A stretch of DNA of 64,000 nucleotides from Spirochaetia bacterium (GCA_963677925.2 CAXXYH010000004.1:1184001-1248000), one strand, 5' to 3'; positions 50,896 to 59,946 are shown, counted from the stretch's first letter. Notes: generated by a model not told the origin, from the letters alone. Numbers and translations: made by a program.

Positions 50896-51990
50896 ATGTC
50901 TGTGAATGTAAAAAACGATGCTAATATGCTTATTTCCTATAAGACGCTGAGAAGGATACTTGGTATTCTCGGGATGGGGCTTCCGCTTATGCTGTATCTG
51001 TCCACTCTGATGTCAGGAGTCTACTCTCTGGGGCCTTCAATAAGCAGTTACTATTTTACCAATTCGGGAGACCTGCTTGTTGCGGTGCTCTGCAGTTTCT
51101 CGGTCTTTCTTATTACCTACAGGGGATATTCCAAAGCTGATAATATTATAAGCTCTATTGCAGGTTCAGCTGCTTTTCTGATTGCTGTCTTTCCGGCAAT
51201 GAATGAGAGCAGCGTCAAAGTGAACTACCTTTTCAATTTTCTTCCACCCGCAGCCGTCACCGCAGTTCATTTTACATCGGCGGCAGTGTTTTTTCTGCTT
51301 CTTTCAATTATTTCCTTTTTTCTGTTTGTAAAAACGAATCAGAAAGAGCCGCTTCCCAAAGAAAAGCTATACAGAAACCGGATTTACCGTACATGCGGAA
51401 TTATTATTTTTTTATCGCTTCTGCTGCTTGCAGTCTGCAATCTTCTGTCTGCACCGGTATTCGATAAAATTGCACGATTCAGACCGATCTTCTGGCTTGA
51501 AACAACAGCTCTGGCTGCATTCGGTTTCTCCTGGCTGGTAAAGGGTGAGACTTTCTCGGCCGACAAAAATCCCGAATACGTATTTGTATACGGAACCCTG
51601 AGAAGGTATCCGGGCTTTGACAAGAATACAATGCTTGAAGGTCTGTCTGAATATACCGGACCTGCCACAGTGCCCGGACGGCTGTATAATGTAAAGGTTT
51701 TTCCGGCAATGACGGAAACTTTGAACCCTGAAGAAAAAGTCCGGGGAGATGTCTATCGAATCGGAACTAATTCGGAAGTTCTCGGATTTCTTGATGAATA
51801 TGAGGAGATAACCGATAACTATCCGCATCCTAAGGAGTATGTACGTAAAACGATTACGGCCATCTCTGACAGCGGCGTGCAGTATTTCTGCTGGATTTAT
51901 ATTTATAACCGCGATGTTTCATGCCTTGAACGGATTGAATCAGGAGATTATATCGATTATATCGAAACAAAAAGTTTACCTGAAAACTAA
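50896..51990 (+). CDS. Membrane protein (DUF998-like) fused to a gamma-glutamylcyclotransferase (GGCT/AIG2-like) domain
   Basis: About 6 TM helices in aa 1-220 (SISSYY, FLITYRGY, VHF, WLVKG), then the GGCT signature VFVYGTLRR, LDEYE, Y.R and WIY. Confidence 0.72.
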   Translation: MSVNVKNDANMLISYKTLRRILGILGMGLPLMLYLSTLMSGVYSLGPSISSYYFTNSGDLLVAVLCSFSVFLITYRGYSKADNIISSIAGSAAFLIAVFPAMNESSVKVNYLFNFLPPAAVTAVHFTSAAVFFLLLSIISFFLFVKTNQKEPLPKEKLYRNRIYRTCGIIIFLSLLLLAVCNLLSAPVFDKIARFRPIFWLETTALAAFGFSWLVKGETFSADKNPEYVFVYGTLRRYPGFDKNTMLEGLSEYTGPATVPGRLYNVKVFPAMTETLNPEEKVRGDVYRIGTNSEVLGFLDEYEEITDNYPHPKEYVRKTITAISDSGVQYFCWIYIYNRDVSCLERIESGDYIDYIETKSLPEN

Positions 51991-52035
51991 TGTATATTAT
52001 ATTTGAAGGCAGGAAACTTAAAACGGGAGTATACT

Positions 52036-52497
52036 TTGGCTGAAATTAAAACAGTCAGTGATTATATTGATAGCACCCCCGAACCGCGAAGGGGTCTGCT
52101 GATACAGATAGCCGATTCTGTACGGCAGGGCATTCCTTCCGGATTTGAAGAATGTCTTTCTTACAAAATGATAGGCTGGGTAGTTCCGCTTTCCCTCTAT
52201 CCGAAGGGTTATCACACCGGCAAAGGGCTTCCCCTGCCGTTTATCAACCTTGCAGCTCAGAGCAGCTACTTTGCCCTGTATCATTCAGGAATCTACGCAG
52301 ATAAACAGCTTTTTAACTGGTTTACCGGAGAATACGAATCTCTCGGCTACAGGCATAAAATAAATATGGGGAAGAGCTGTATCCGTTTTAAATATCCTGA
52401 TGAAATTCCTTTTAAACTTATCGAAGAATTGAGTTCAAAGATTACTGCTGAACAGTGGATTAATATCTACGAAAAAACAATGAATAACAGGAGATAG
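52036..52497 (+). CDS. DUF1801 domain protein
   Basis: YKMIGWVVPLSLYP.GYH, LPFINLA and MGKSCIRF motifs. TTG at 52036 follows GGGAG (alternative start 52003). Confidence 0.85.
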   Translation: MAEIKTVSDYIDSTPEPRRGLLIQIADSVRQGIPSGFEECLSYKMIGWVVPLSLYPKGYHTGKGLPLPFINLAAQSSYFALYHSGIYADKQLFNWFTGEYESLGYRHKINMGKSCIRFKYPDEIPFKLIEELSSKITAEQWINIYEKTMNNRR

Positions 52498-52504
52498 AAT
52501 AATC

Positions 52505-52840
52505 ATGGATGAATTATTTATTCTGTGGACGAATGCCGATGAGATGGCGTTCGAAAAAATGGTCTGCATGTATTCAAAAAACGCACTGCTTAAGGGCTGG
52601 TGGGATAAGGTTACAGTTATAATATGGGGAAGTACCGCAAAGCTGACCTCAGAATCGCCCGCAGTACAGGAGCAGGTCAGGCTTCTGCTTGAGGGCGGCG
52701 TACATGTATCAGCCTGCCGTTCCTGCGCGGATCAGCTTGGGGTAACAGAGATTCTTGAAGGCCTGGGTGTCGAGGTTATCTACTGGGGACAGCCGCTGAC
52801 CGGAATTCTGAAGGGCAATCAGAAACTTTTGACAGTCTGA
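52505..52840 (+). CDS. DsrE family protein
   Basis: ILWT, WWDKV.VIIWG and ACRSCA motifs. Confidence 0.82.
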   Translation: MDELFILWTNADEMAFEKMVCMYSKNALLKGWWDKVTVIIWGSTAKLTSESPAVQEQVRLLLEGGVHVSACRSCADQLGVTEILEGLGVEVIYWGQPLTGILKGNQKLLTV

Positions 52841-52897
52841 GTTTTCATATAAATTGACCCTGTGGAATATTCATAGTATTCTGTTTTGGGGGGAACT

Positions 52898-53686
52898 ATG
52901 CTGGGAGAAAAATTAATTGCTCTAAAACGGCCTGTAGCCGTAGGGATAATTTCAACCACAGCAATGACTGCTTCTCTTCTTCTCTGGGCATCAATTTCAT
53001 TCTTTATGGGACATGAACTCACATTCTACGGGATGGCTCTTGCTATTCTTATTCCGGGTTTCCTGTCTTCAATCAGCATGTGGTTTACAATAGGTCTGCT
53101 TCAGAAGATTAACCGGCTTAAAGAAGAGCTGGGATACCTTGCGACGTATGATTCACTTACAGGCCTGTATAACCGGGGCGCATTTTTAAGGGTCGCCGAA
53201 AGTCTGTACAACTCCGCTTCCAGGAATCTCAGAAAGCTTGCTGTAGTTTACATTGATATTGATGATTTTAAAAAGATTAACGACAATTTCGGGCATGCCG
53301 CCGGAGATCTAGTCCTGCAGGAATTCGGAGAGATGCTCAACCAGCGCCTGCGAAAGAGCGATGTTGCAGGAAGGGTCGGCGGTGAGGAATTTGTCCTTCT
53401 GCTTGATGAGACGGATCTTAAGGGAGCACTTAAGATAGCTGAAGAACTCCGGGTCATAAGTCACCGTAAAATCATCGAATACCGGGCAAAGGAAATAAGA
53501 TTCACAGTCAGTATAGGCATTACTGTTTTGTCGGAATCAAATAATTCCGGTTTTGAAGATCTTTGTAATCAGGCTGATGACGCCCTCTATGATGCAAAAA
53601 ACTGCGGTAAAAACAGAATTACAAGCTACGATATCATGCAGATTAGAAAAGAGCAGGAAGCCGGCTGTCAGCCAGTTCCCTGCTGA
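52898..53686 (+). CDS. Two-TM GGDEF diguanylate cyclase
   Basis: DSLTGLYNR, DIDDFK.IND.FGH..GD, I-site RKSD and GGEEF. Confidence 0.9.
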   Translation: MLGEKLIALKRPVAVGIISTTAMTASLLLWASISFFMGHELTFYGMALAILIPGFLSSISMWFTIGLLQKINRLKEELGYLATYDSLTGLYNRGAFLRVAESLYNSASRNLRKLAVVYIDIDDFKKINDNFGHAAGDLVLQEFGEMLNQRLRKSDVAGRVGGEEFVLLLDETDLKGALKIAEELRVISHRKIIEYRAKEIRFTVSIGITVLSESNNSGFEDLCNQADDALYDAKNCGKNRITSYDIMQIRKEQEAGCQPVPC

Positions 53687-53691
53687 CAGCT

Positions 53692-54465
53692 TCAGTCCTT
53701 ATGTTTATTCTCAGAATAGTAAACTTTTATAGCCCTGCTCATAAACTCAGCCAGACCATCTGCGGTTTTATCGATATTCTTTTTAAATCTTTCATCGGCG
53801 GTGTATATATCTCCAAGTCCGCTTAGAATCTCGATGCTGCAGTCATAATAGCTGTCTGTGATATGCTGCTGCCATTTTTTCACAGTTGCCTGAACCTCGG
53901 TAATGTCAGGGGCCAGACTCATAAGTTCACTCATTTCTCTGAGTATCGTATTTCCTTTTGTCATAATGTCTTTCCAGTCTTTATCAGAATATCCGGCTGT
54001 TTTTCTGCCGCTCTGCAGGTATGCACTGGTACTGCCGTATTTTTCTTTTACTTCGTCGGAGTATTTTCTCCGGTGCTCTTCAATGTCTTTTATGCTGAAA
54101 GCCTCAAATCTGTCTTTGCCGTTCATAGTTTCTCCTTCTGATTCAAGTGATATTGTCTGCTCAATGTTTTTGATGATGCCGGCCAGCCTCTTCATCTTCA
54201 TCTCAAGGAGCTTTTTCTGCATTTTCAGGATTTCCATTCTTTCCGAACCGTCAGAGTTGAGTATTTCGGCAATCTCGGACAGCGGAAAATCAAGTTCCCT
54301 GAAAAACAGAATCTGCTGCAGTTTAGCTAAATCAGAATCTGAATAAAGCCTGTATCCATTTTCTGTGTAGCTGGAGGGCTTCAGCAGCCCTGTATAATCA
54401 TAATGATGAAGTGTCCGTACGCTTACTCCGGATAATACAGCTGCCTCTTTTGTTTTTAGACTCAT
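53692..54465 (-). CDS. MerR family regulator with TipAS domain (Mta/TipA-like)
   Basis: SGVSVRTLHHYD..GLL.P, GYRLY and LQQILFFRELDF motifs, plus a TipAS-like C-terminus (YTADERF). ATG at 54465 follows AGGAG. Confidence 0.92.
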   Translation of the reverse strand: MSLKTKEAAVLSGVSVRTLHHYDYTGLLKPSSYTENGYRLYSDSDLAKLQQILFFRELDFPLSEIAEILNSDGSERMEILKMQKKLLEMKMKRLAGIIKNIEQTISLESEGETMNGKDRFEAFSIKDIEEHRRKYSDEVKEKYGSTSAYLQSGRKTAGYSDKDWKDIMTKGNTILREMSELMSLAPDITEVQATVKKWQQHITDSYYDCSIEILSGLGDIYTADERFKKNIDKTADGLAEFMSRAIKVYYSENKHKD

Positions 54466-54482
54466 TCTTCGCTCCTGAAAAA

Positions 54483-54513
54483 ATAATAAACTATCACCTA
54501 ACGTTATAGTCAA
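54483..54513 (-). promoter_or_regulatory. MerR-type promoter/operator with a 19-bp spacer
   Basis: Minus strand TTGACT-ATAACGTTAGGTGATAGTT-TATTAT. The spacer is 19 nt with an internal dyad, as in Mta/TipA-type autoregulated promoters. Confidence 0.8.
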
Positions 54514-54566
54514 CTTTAAATTATTATTTCTTATGATTTTTATCTTTTATCATTATACTTATAGAT

Positions 54567-56162
54567 ATGGATAATGTTTCCGAAATGCGACAGAAGCAGG
54601 GACGGCCGAAAATTCTTTTAATACTGGCAACAGCCTGTATTGCAATACTGGTTTCTGTAATTGCTGCTGCCAATTCCTTTTATACTGAATATAACCGCCA
54701 GAAGTGGATCGTTCTTGAAGATACTGAAAGGCTGTCACTTCTGTTTGAGCATGAGTTCAGTATCCGTACCCATACTATAAAAGCTCTCAGGAGGATGGCT
54801 GAAGATTATCTGAGCGGGAAGCAGCAGCTGTCAATTGATCTCAGGCCTTTCCTGCAGCCCGTTGAGGGAAAGAACGGCTTCACCCTGGACATTCCTCCAG
54901 GCTATAATTCAAAAACAATAGGAAATATTACCGGCCTCGATGTTTCAAAAATGACCGATCCGGATATTATTGCGGAAATGGATATGGCTTTGTCGTTAAC
55001 CTCTATATTCAGAACTGTGATTGAGCGGGATCCTGAAACTCCATGGATATACTACACCTCTGAAAACGGTTTTATGTATCTATTTCCGAGAGTAGGAACG
55101 GATGATTTTTTCTATTCAGAAAAGATCCAGACTATGGATTTCGTAACTTATGCAAAGCCGGAACACAATCCTGAACGAAGAGTAGTATGGACGCCTCTCT
55201 ATCTTGATGAAGCAGGCAAGGGGTATATGGTTACTCTCAGTACACCCGTTTATGCAGGCGACAGATATATGGGCGCTATCAGTCTTGATATAAGTGTCAG
55301 CAGGCTTAACTGGCTGATAAACCGCTATCATGTACCGCATTCAAAGGTTTTTCTGTTTGCTTCAGACGGCAAGCTTATAGTTAAAGAGGATGAACCGCCT
55401 TTTGTTCCCGATTTTTCTGCTTTGGATGAATCGAAGCTCTCATACGAGCAGGATAAAACTTTCCTTTCCTATACTAAACTCGAAGATCCGGACTGGTTTC
55501 TGGCAGTCTATGCTTCAAAAGGCGAAATGCTTCTGCAGTCTTTTCTGAAATCTCTGCCTTTTCTTTTAATTGCGGTTTTTCTGATTTTCAGCATTGTAAT
55601 CCTGAATCAGCTGTTCCGTGCATACCGGAGAGTTGAGACTCTGTCGACCGAGGACCCCCTTACCGGCTTATGGAACCGCAGGATCTTTGATCAGGTTCTG
55701 ACTGAAGAGCTCTCCCGGGCGGAACGTAAGCAGACGAAATTTGCCCTGATTTTTTTTGATGTTGACTGGTTTAAATTTCTCAATGACATGAACGGACATC
55801 AGGAGGGAGACAGAGTGCTCCGGGAAATATCCCAGTCTGTCCGATCGGTAATGCAGCGGAATACTGATAAGGTGTTCAGGGTCGGGGGTGAGGAATTCGC
55901 GGTAATAGTTCTCGCAGATACTGATGCCCAGCTGATGGAAATAATGGAAATGATCAGACATGCGGTGGCCGGAATGGGCATACCTCATCCCCGAGAAAAA
56001 AACAGCGTTGTTACTATTTCACTAGGAGGGGTTGTTGTAGACGGTGGCGGTGACCCGAGCTTTGATGAGGTATATACCCATGCAGACACAGCCCTTTATG
56101 CTGCTAAAGCTTCCGGAAAAAACTGCAGCCGGCTGTATTCCGGAGATGAAAAAAGAGATTAG
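54567..56162 (+). CDS. Cache-sensor GGDEF diguanylate cyclase
   Basis: Two TM helices flank a dCache-like domain (WTPLYLDEAGKGYMVTLSTPVY). DPLTGLWNRR, I-site RNTD and GGEEF. Confidence 0.9.
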   Translation: MDNVSEMRQKQGRPKILLILATACIAILVSVIAAANSFYTEYNRQKWIVLEDTERLSLLFEHEFSIRTHTIKALRRMAEDYLSGKQQLSIDLRPFLQPVEGKNGFTLDIPPGYNSKTIGNITGLDVSKMTDPDIIAEMDMALSLTSIFRTVIERDPETPWIYYTSENGFMYLFPRVGTDDFFYSEKIQTMDFVTYAKPEHNPERRVVWTPLYLDEAGKGYMVTLSTPVYAGDRYMGAISLDISVSRLNWLINRYHVPHSKVFLFASDGKLIVKEDEPPFVPDFSALDESKLSYEQDKTFLSYTKLEDPDWFLAVYASKGEMLLQSFLKSLPFLLIAVFLIFSIVILNQLFRAYRRVETLSTEDPLTGLWNRRIFDQVLTEELSRAERKQTKFALIFFDVDWFKFLNDMNGHQEGDRVLREISQSVRSVMQRNTDKVFRVGGEEFAVIVLADTDAQLMEIMEMIRHAVAGMGIPHPREKNSVVTISLGGVVVDGGGDPSFDEVYTHADTALYAAKASGKNCSRLYSGDEKRD

Positions 56163-56242
56163 TTGCTCTCTGATATTATCATGTGGTAGAATAGCCTTAA
56201 TTTACAACCTGACGTACTCATGTAAAAAAGAGGAAACATCGA

Positions 56243-57007
56243 TTGGCGTTTTTTACATACCATAATAAGAAAATCTATTATTCCGAGTGCGGCAACGGAC
56301 CTCCGCTGCTGATAATTCACGGAAATTCTGTTTCTTCACGTATGCACAGCCCGATAGTTAAAAAACTCTCGGAAAATTTCAGGGTGATTTCCCCCGATCT
56401 GCCGGGGCACGGCCGCTCAGAAAAGCTTGAGAGCTGGCCTGTAGATTTCTGGTTTGAAAGTTCAAGGGCTCTTTATAATCTGATTCTTCAGCTTGAACTT
56501 CAGAAGGTGATTGTATCCGGCTACAGCGGAGGGGCTCTGATTGCTCTGAATCTTGCGCTTGAGCATCCAGATGCAATAAGCTGTGTAATAGCTGATTCTT
56601 TTGAAGGTGAAGTTTCAATTGAAGCGTATGTAGAAAACCTTGAAAATGAGAGGCGGACTGCAAGACGGAATATTCTAAACAGGTTTTTCTGGTTTCTTAT
56701 GCATGGAAAAAACTGGAATAATGTCATTACAAACGATACTGCTGTAACGCTTGAGCATCACCGCAAACTGCGCCGCTTTTTTCATAAGGATCTTTCGCAG
56801 CTTTCTATACCCGTTCTGTTCACCGGTTCTGCGGAAGATGAATATCTTCCTGATTTAAAGAATATCTATCTTGGTCTGAAAGAGAAAATACCACTCTGTG
56901 ATGTAAAGATGTTCAGAAACTGCCAGCATCCGTCAATGCTGACGGCCGGCATGGATTATCTTGCCTATATAAGCAATTATCTGGAACTTAAATCTCTGGT
57001 AAGTTAA
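56243..57007 (+). CDS. Alpha/beta fold hydrolase
   Basis: IIHG, DLPGHGRS, nucleophile GYSGG, EDE and QH motifs. TTG start. Confidence 0.85.
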   Translation: MAFFTYHNKKIYYSECGNGPPLLIIHGNSVSSRMHSPIVKKLSENFRVISPDLPGHGRSEKLESWPVDFWFESSRALYNLILQLELQKVIVSGYSGGALIALNLALEHPDAISCVIADSFEGEVSIEAYVENLENERRTARRNILNRFFWFLMHGKNWNNVITNDTAVTLEHHRKLRRFFHKDLSQLSIPVLFTGSAEDEYLPDLKNIYLGLKEKIPLCDVKMFRNCQHPSMLTAGMDYLAYISNYLELKSLVS

Positions 57008-57146
57008 TAAAATAATCAGGCAGGGTTGCCCGAATACTGAAAAATGCCTGATTTTTCAGTCGTCCCAAGCCGAAGACCTTTACATCTATGTCGAATAAGT
57101 CGCAATATTAGTACTGTAAATATAGCAGTTAACTAAGGCGGGAATT

Positions 57147-57434
57147 ATGTTAAAACACGTTGTCGTATGGAATGTAAAAGAACCGAAGGCTGAGAATATC
57201 GGTATACTTAAGGAAACTTTCCTTGAAATGAAGGGGAATATTCCGGCTGTACTTGATGTTACTGTAGGCGAGACAGTAGATTCTCCCTATTCCAGCAGGG
57301 ATTTTGTTCTGATGACAAGCCATGAAAATTATGAAAAACTTGAAGAATATCAGAAGCATCCATATCATCAGGGTGTACTTGCTAAGGTTGTACCTCTTCT
57401 TCAGGATAAGGCCAGCATCGATTTTATTGAATAA
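57147..57434 (+). CDS. Dabb (stress-responsive A/B barrel) protein
   Basis: MLKHVVVW, IP, YQKHPYH and a C-terminal IDF. Confidence 0.85.
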   Translation: MLKHVVVWNVKEPKAENIGILKETFLEMKGNIPAVLDVTVGETVDSPYSSRDFVLMTSHENYEKLEEYQKHPYHQGVLAKVVPLLQDKASIDFIE

Positions 57435-57472
57435 TTGAAGAGCGGTGACAGTATTTTACGGCTGATGTGTTT

Positions 57473-57506
57473 AAAAAGCGGACTTAATATGGAGGTCCGC
57501 TTTTTT
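57473..57506 (+). terminator. Intrinsic terminator after the Dabb gene
   Basis: AAAAAGCGGAC-loop-GTCCGCTTTTTT. Confidence 0.8.
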
Positions 57507-57508
57507 GT

Positions 57509-58462
57509 ATGAAAACAAGGTATTATTTCATTCTTACAGGGATATTGATTATGTGCTCATGCAGCGGAATTCCTTCTGCCGGAACTCCTGGGCCTCCGCC
57601 TGAGGACGGAGGTGGTTTTTATACCGCATCCAGCGGAAACCTCATTTACAGTTATGAATATCTTCCATCCGGGACTGCCTGCGCAACTGTTTATGTTCTT
57701 TCAGGGATCACCGGAATAAATCATAATTCAGAAATGGACATCATAAGGCTTTTAAGCGGCGGTATTTACCGTGTTGTTGTAATTCATCCGACGGGCACAG
57801 GATATTCAGAGGGTCCCAGAGGCTCACTTACGGATTTTGATGTATTCCTGGATGATTATACTGAGGCCCTCGCCGCGGATCTGGAAAAGCAGAAGCCCGG
57901 TCACAGTACTTTTTTCTATGGTCACAGTATGTCCTGTGCTGTTGCCATGCTTTTGGCGCAGAGACTCCCGCAGGTAAGCGGCGTAATTCTTGTAAACCCT
58001 CCTCTGAAGATGAAGGAGTCAAAGGGCATGACCCCGTCTTTTATTGAATATATAAAATATGCAGCTTATATGATTTTTGCGCCGCACAGGCCTGTTGTAA
58101 ATATGGCCGGAGACCCCTCGCTTATAGAAAACCCGGAAGAGCGCCGCGAGGCCGTCGAGCGCGCTGAAGATCCGCTGCTTGTGAAATATTTCAGCATGTA
58201 CATGATGCTTCAGTCAAAAAAGATGATGGACTCAATGGCTGACCGGGCAGGGTATATTGATCTGCCGCTGCTGCTTGTTTATGGAAACGCTGACAGTATA
58301 GTTGAAAAGAGCGGCTGTCTGGAAATATTCAACAGGTGGAAATGCCCTGATAAAACATTTTTGACTGTACCCGGCGGGCCTCATGGTAAAATGACGGTAA
58401 TAATGGCTGAGACGGCTTTAGCTGATTGGCTTCAGAGCAGGATTTATGGAGAGAAAGGATGA
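57509..58462 (+). CDS. Lipoprotein alpha/beta hydrolase (lysophospholipase/monoglyceride lipase-like)
   Basis: Lipobox-like CSC, G.G.SEG.RG, GHSMS, YGNADSIV and PH motifs. Confidence 0.8.
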   Translation: MKTRYYFILTGILIMCSCSGIPSAGTPGPPPEDGGGFYTASSGNLIYSYEYLPSGTACATVYVLSGITGINHNSEMDIIRLLSGGIYRVVVIHPTGTGYSEGPRGSLTDFDVFLDDYTEALAADLEKQKPGHSTFFYGHSMSCAVAMLLAQRLPQVSGVILVNPPLKMKESKGMTPSFIEYIKYAAYMIFAPHRPVVNMAGDPSLIENPEERREAVERAEDPLLVKYFSMYMMLQSKKMMDSMADRAGYIDLPLLLVYGNADSIVEKSGCLEIFNRWKCPDKTFLTVPGGPHGKMTVIMAETALADWLQSRIYGEKG

Positions 58463-58863
58463 AGAAAAGAATAATTATAATTCCGGCAGTTATAATCGTA
58501 GTTGTAATGGCAGCAGTGATTGCAGGTAGAATAATGATAAGCTCAATGGAGAAGAATCTGGAGTATCTTGTTGCTCTGGATGTTCCAGAAGTTGATTTTT
58601 CACATATACCAGACGGCACCTACCATGGAAGTAAAAACGCTTTTCCCATAGTTGTTGAGGTTGAGGTTGTGGCAGAAAACGGCAGGGTTACAGATATTAA
58701 GCTGCTCAAGCACCAGAACGGGCAGGGCGGCGCTGCCGATGCTGTACCTGCTATGGTTGTGGAAAAACAGGGACTTGATATTGATGCAGTCTCCGGCGCC
58801 ACCTACAGCCGCAAGGTAATTCTTCTGACAATTGCAGAAACATTGATTGCCGCGGGGAATTGA
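58459..58863 (+). CDS. FMN-binding domain protein
   Basis: N-terminal TM helix, DGTYHG, and the flavinylation motif DAVSGATYS. ATGA overlap at 58459. Confidence 0.88.
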   Translation: MKKRIIIIPAVIIVVVMAAVIAGRIMISSMEKNLEYLVALDVPEVDFSHIPDGTYHGSKNAFPIVVEVEVVAENGRVTDIKLLKHQNGQGGAADAVPAMVVEKQGLDIDAVSGATYSRKVILLTIAETLIAAGN

Positions 58864-58881
58864 TTACAATATATTTTATAT

Positions 58882-59328
58882 ATGGCTGTTTTTACTAAGG
58901 ATAAAGATTACGGTTTGAAGGGCCGGATGTCCACCATTAAAATTGATGCCGATATAAGATCTGCAGTTGCTGAAAGCGGAATAGCTGAGGGCTATGTAAT
59001 GGTTTTTGTTGCAGGCTGTGTCGCTGCCCTCATTGTAACCGAGGATGAGCCGGGGATTCTGAACCACGATCTGCAGTATATGTTTGATTCTGCCATGAAT
59101 ATGCCGTACGGCGAAGGGTTCGCTGACGGGACCCCCTACCGTCATCATGAAACCTGGCATGATGATAACGGCTCAAGCCACCTTCGTTCGCTTCTGCTCC
59201 AGCATTCACTGACGATTCCTGTTCTGAACGGCGAAGTGCTGCTTGGACCATGGCAGAATGTTTTTCTCGTTGAATGTGATACAGGACCCCGAACCAGAAA
59301 GCTGTGGTACCAGGTCCAGGGAGAATAG
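58882..59328 (+). CDS. YjbQ/UPF0047 family protein
   Basis: YRHH..WHDDNG.SHLRS.L and LLGPWQ..FLVECD.GPR.R motifs. Confidence 0.88.
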   Translation: MAVFTKDKDYGLKGRMSTIKIDADIRSAVAESGIAEGYVMVFVAGCVAALIVTEDEPGILNHDLQYMFDSAMNMPYGEGFADGTPYRHHETWHDDNGSSHLRSLLLQHSLTIPVLNGEVLLGPWQNVFLVECDTGPRTRKLWYQVQGE

Positions 59329-59330
59329 AT

Positions 59331-59903
59331 ATGGCGCATAAGATTAATTCCAAAGCATTTCATAAGCTCGATAATGAAGATCGGCGTAAAAAACTTCCGC
59401 CGGAACTGATTCTTGAAAAGATCGGTTTAAAGTCCGGTGATACCATGATTGATGTGGGTGCCGGTATAGGTTATTTTTCGATACCGGCTGCAGCACTTGC
59501 CGGTGATTCCGGAAGGGTAATTGCTGCAGATATCGCACAGGATATGCTTGATGAGCTGGCCAGAAGAGCAGACGGACACAGGGGGAATCTGAAAATAGTG
59601 ATGTCTTCAGAGGATAATGTTCCTGTGGAAAGCCACTGTGCTGATCTTGTTTTTATATCCTTTGTGTTCCATGAGTTTGAAAACCCGGAGAGCTGGATTC
59701 GGGAAATAGCAAGGCTTTTAAAGCCCGGCGGGCGGGCGGCAGTTATGGAGTTCCAGAAAAAAGAAACTGCTGAAGGTCCTCCTGTTGAACACAGGGTAAG
59801 CTCCGAGGCGCTCACTGCCTATTTTAATTCGGGAGGTTTCAGCAAAACTTCATATGAAGAGTTTTCTGATACCTACTACCTGTCAGTCTTTGTTAAAAAC
59901 TGA
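59331..59903 (+). CDS. Class I SAM-dependent methyltransferase
   Basis: IDVGAGIG, AADI, FHEF and LLKPGG motifs. Confidence 0.88.
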   Translation: MAHKINSKAFHKLDNEDRRKKLPPELILEKIGLKSGDTMIDVGAGIGYFSIPAAALAGDSGRVIAADIAQDMLDELARRADGHRGNLKIVMSSEDNVPVESHCADLVFISFVFHEFENPESWIREIARLLKPGGRAAVMEFQKKETAEGPPVEHRVSSEALTAYFNSGGFSKTSYEEFSDTYYLSVFVKN

Positions 59904-59914
59904 CAGGCTGCAAG

Positions 59915-59938
59915 GCGGCAGGGGGCTGTTCCTGCCGC
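59915..59938. terminator. Hairpin between convergent genes
   Basis: GCGGCAGGG...TTCCTGCCGC stem, followed on the minus side by only a weak tract. Confidence 0.5.
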
Positions 59939-59946
59939 GGAAAAGC

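Noticed and set aside
57014-57080. Twister ribozyme (TAA...GC...TCCCAAGC resembles the twister core)
   Set aside because: The downstream P2 partner strand and GA-GGG segment needed to close the pseudoknots are absent.
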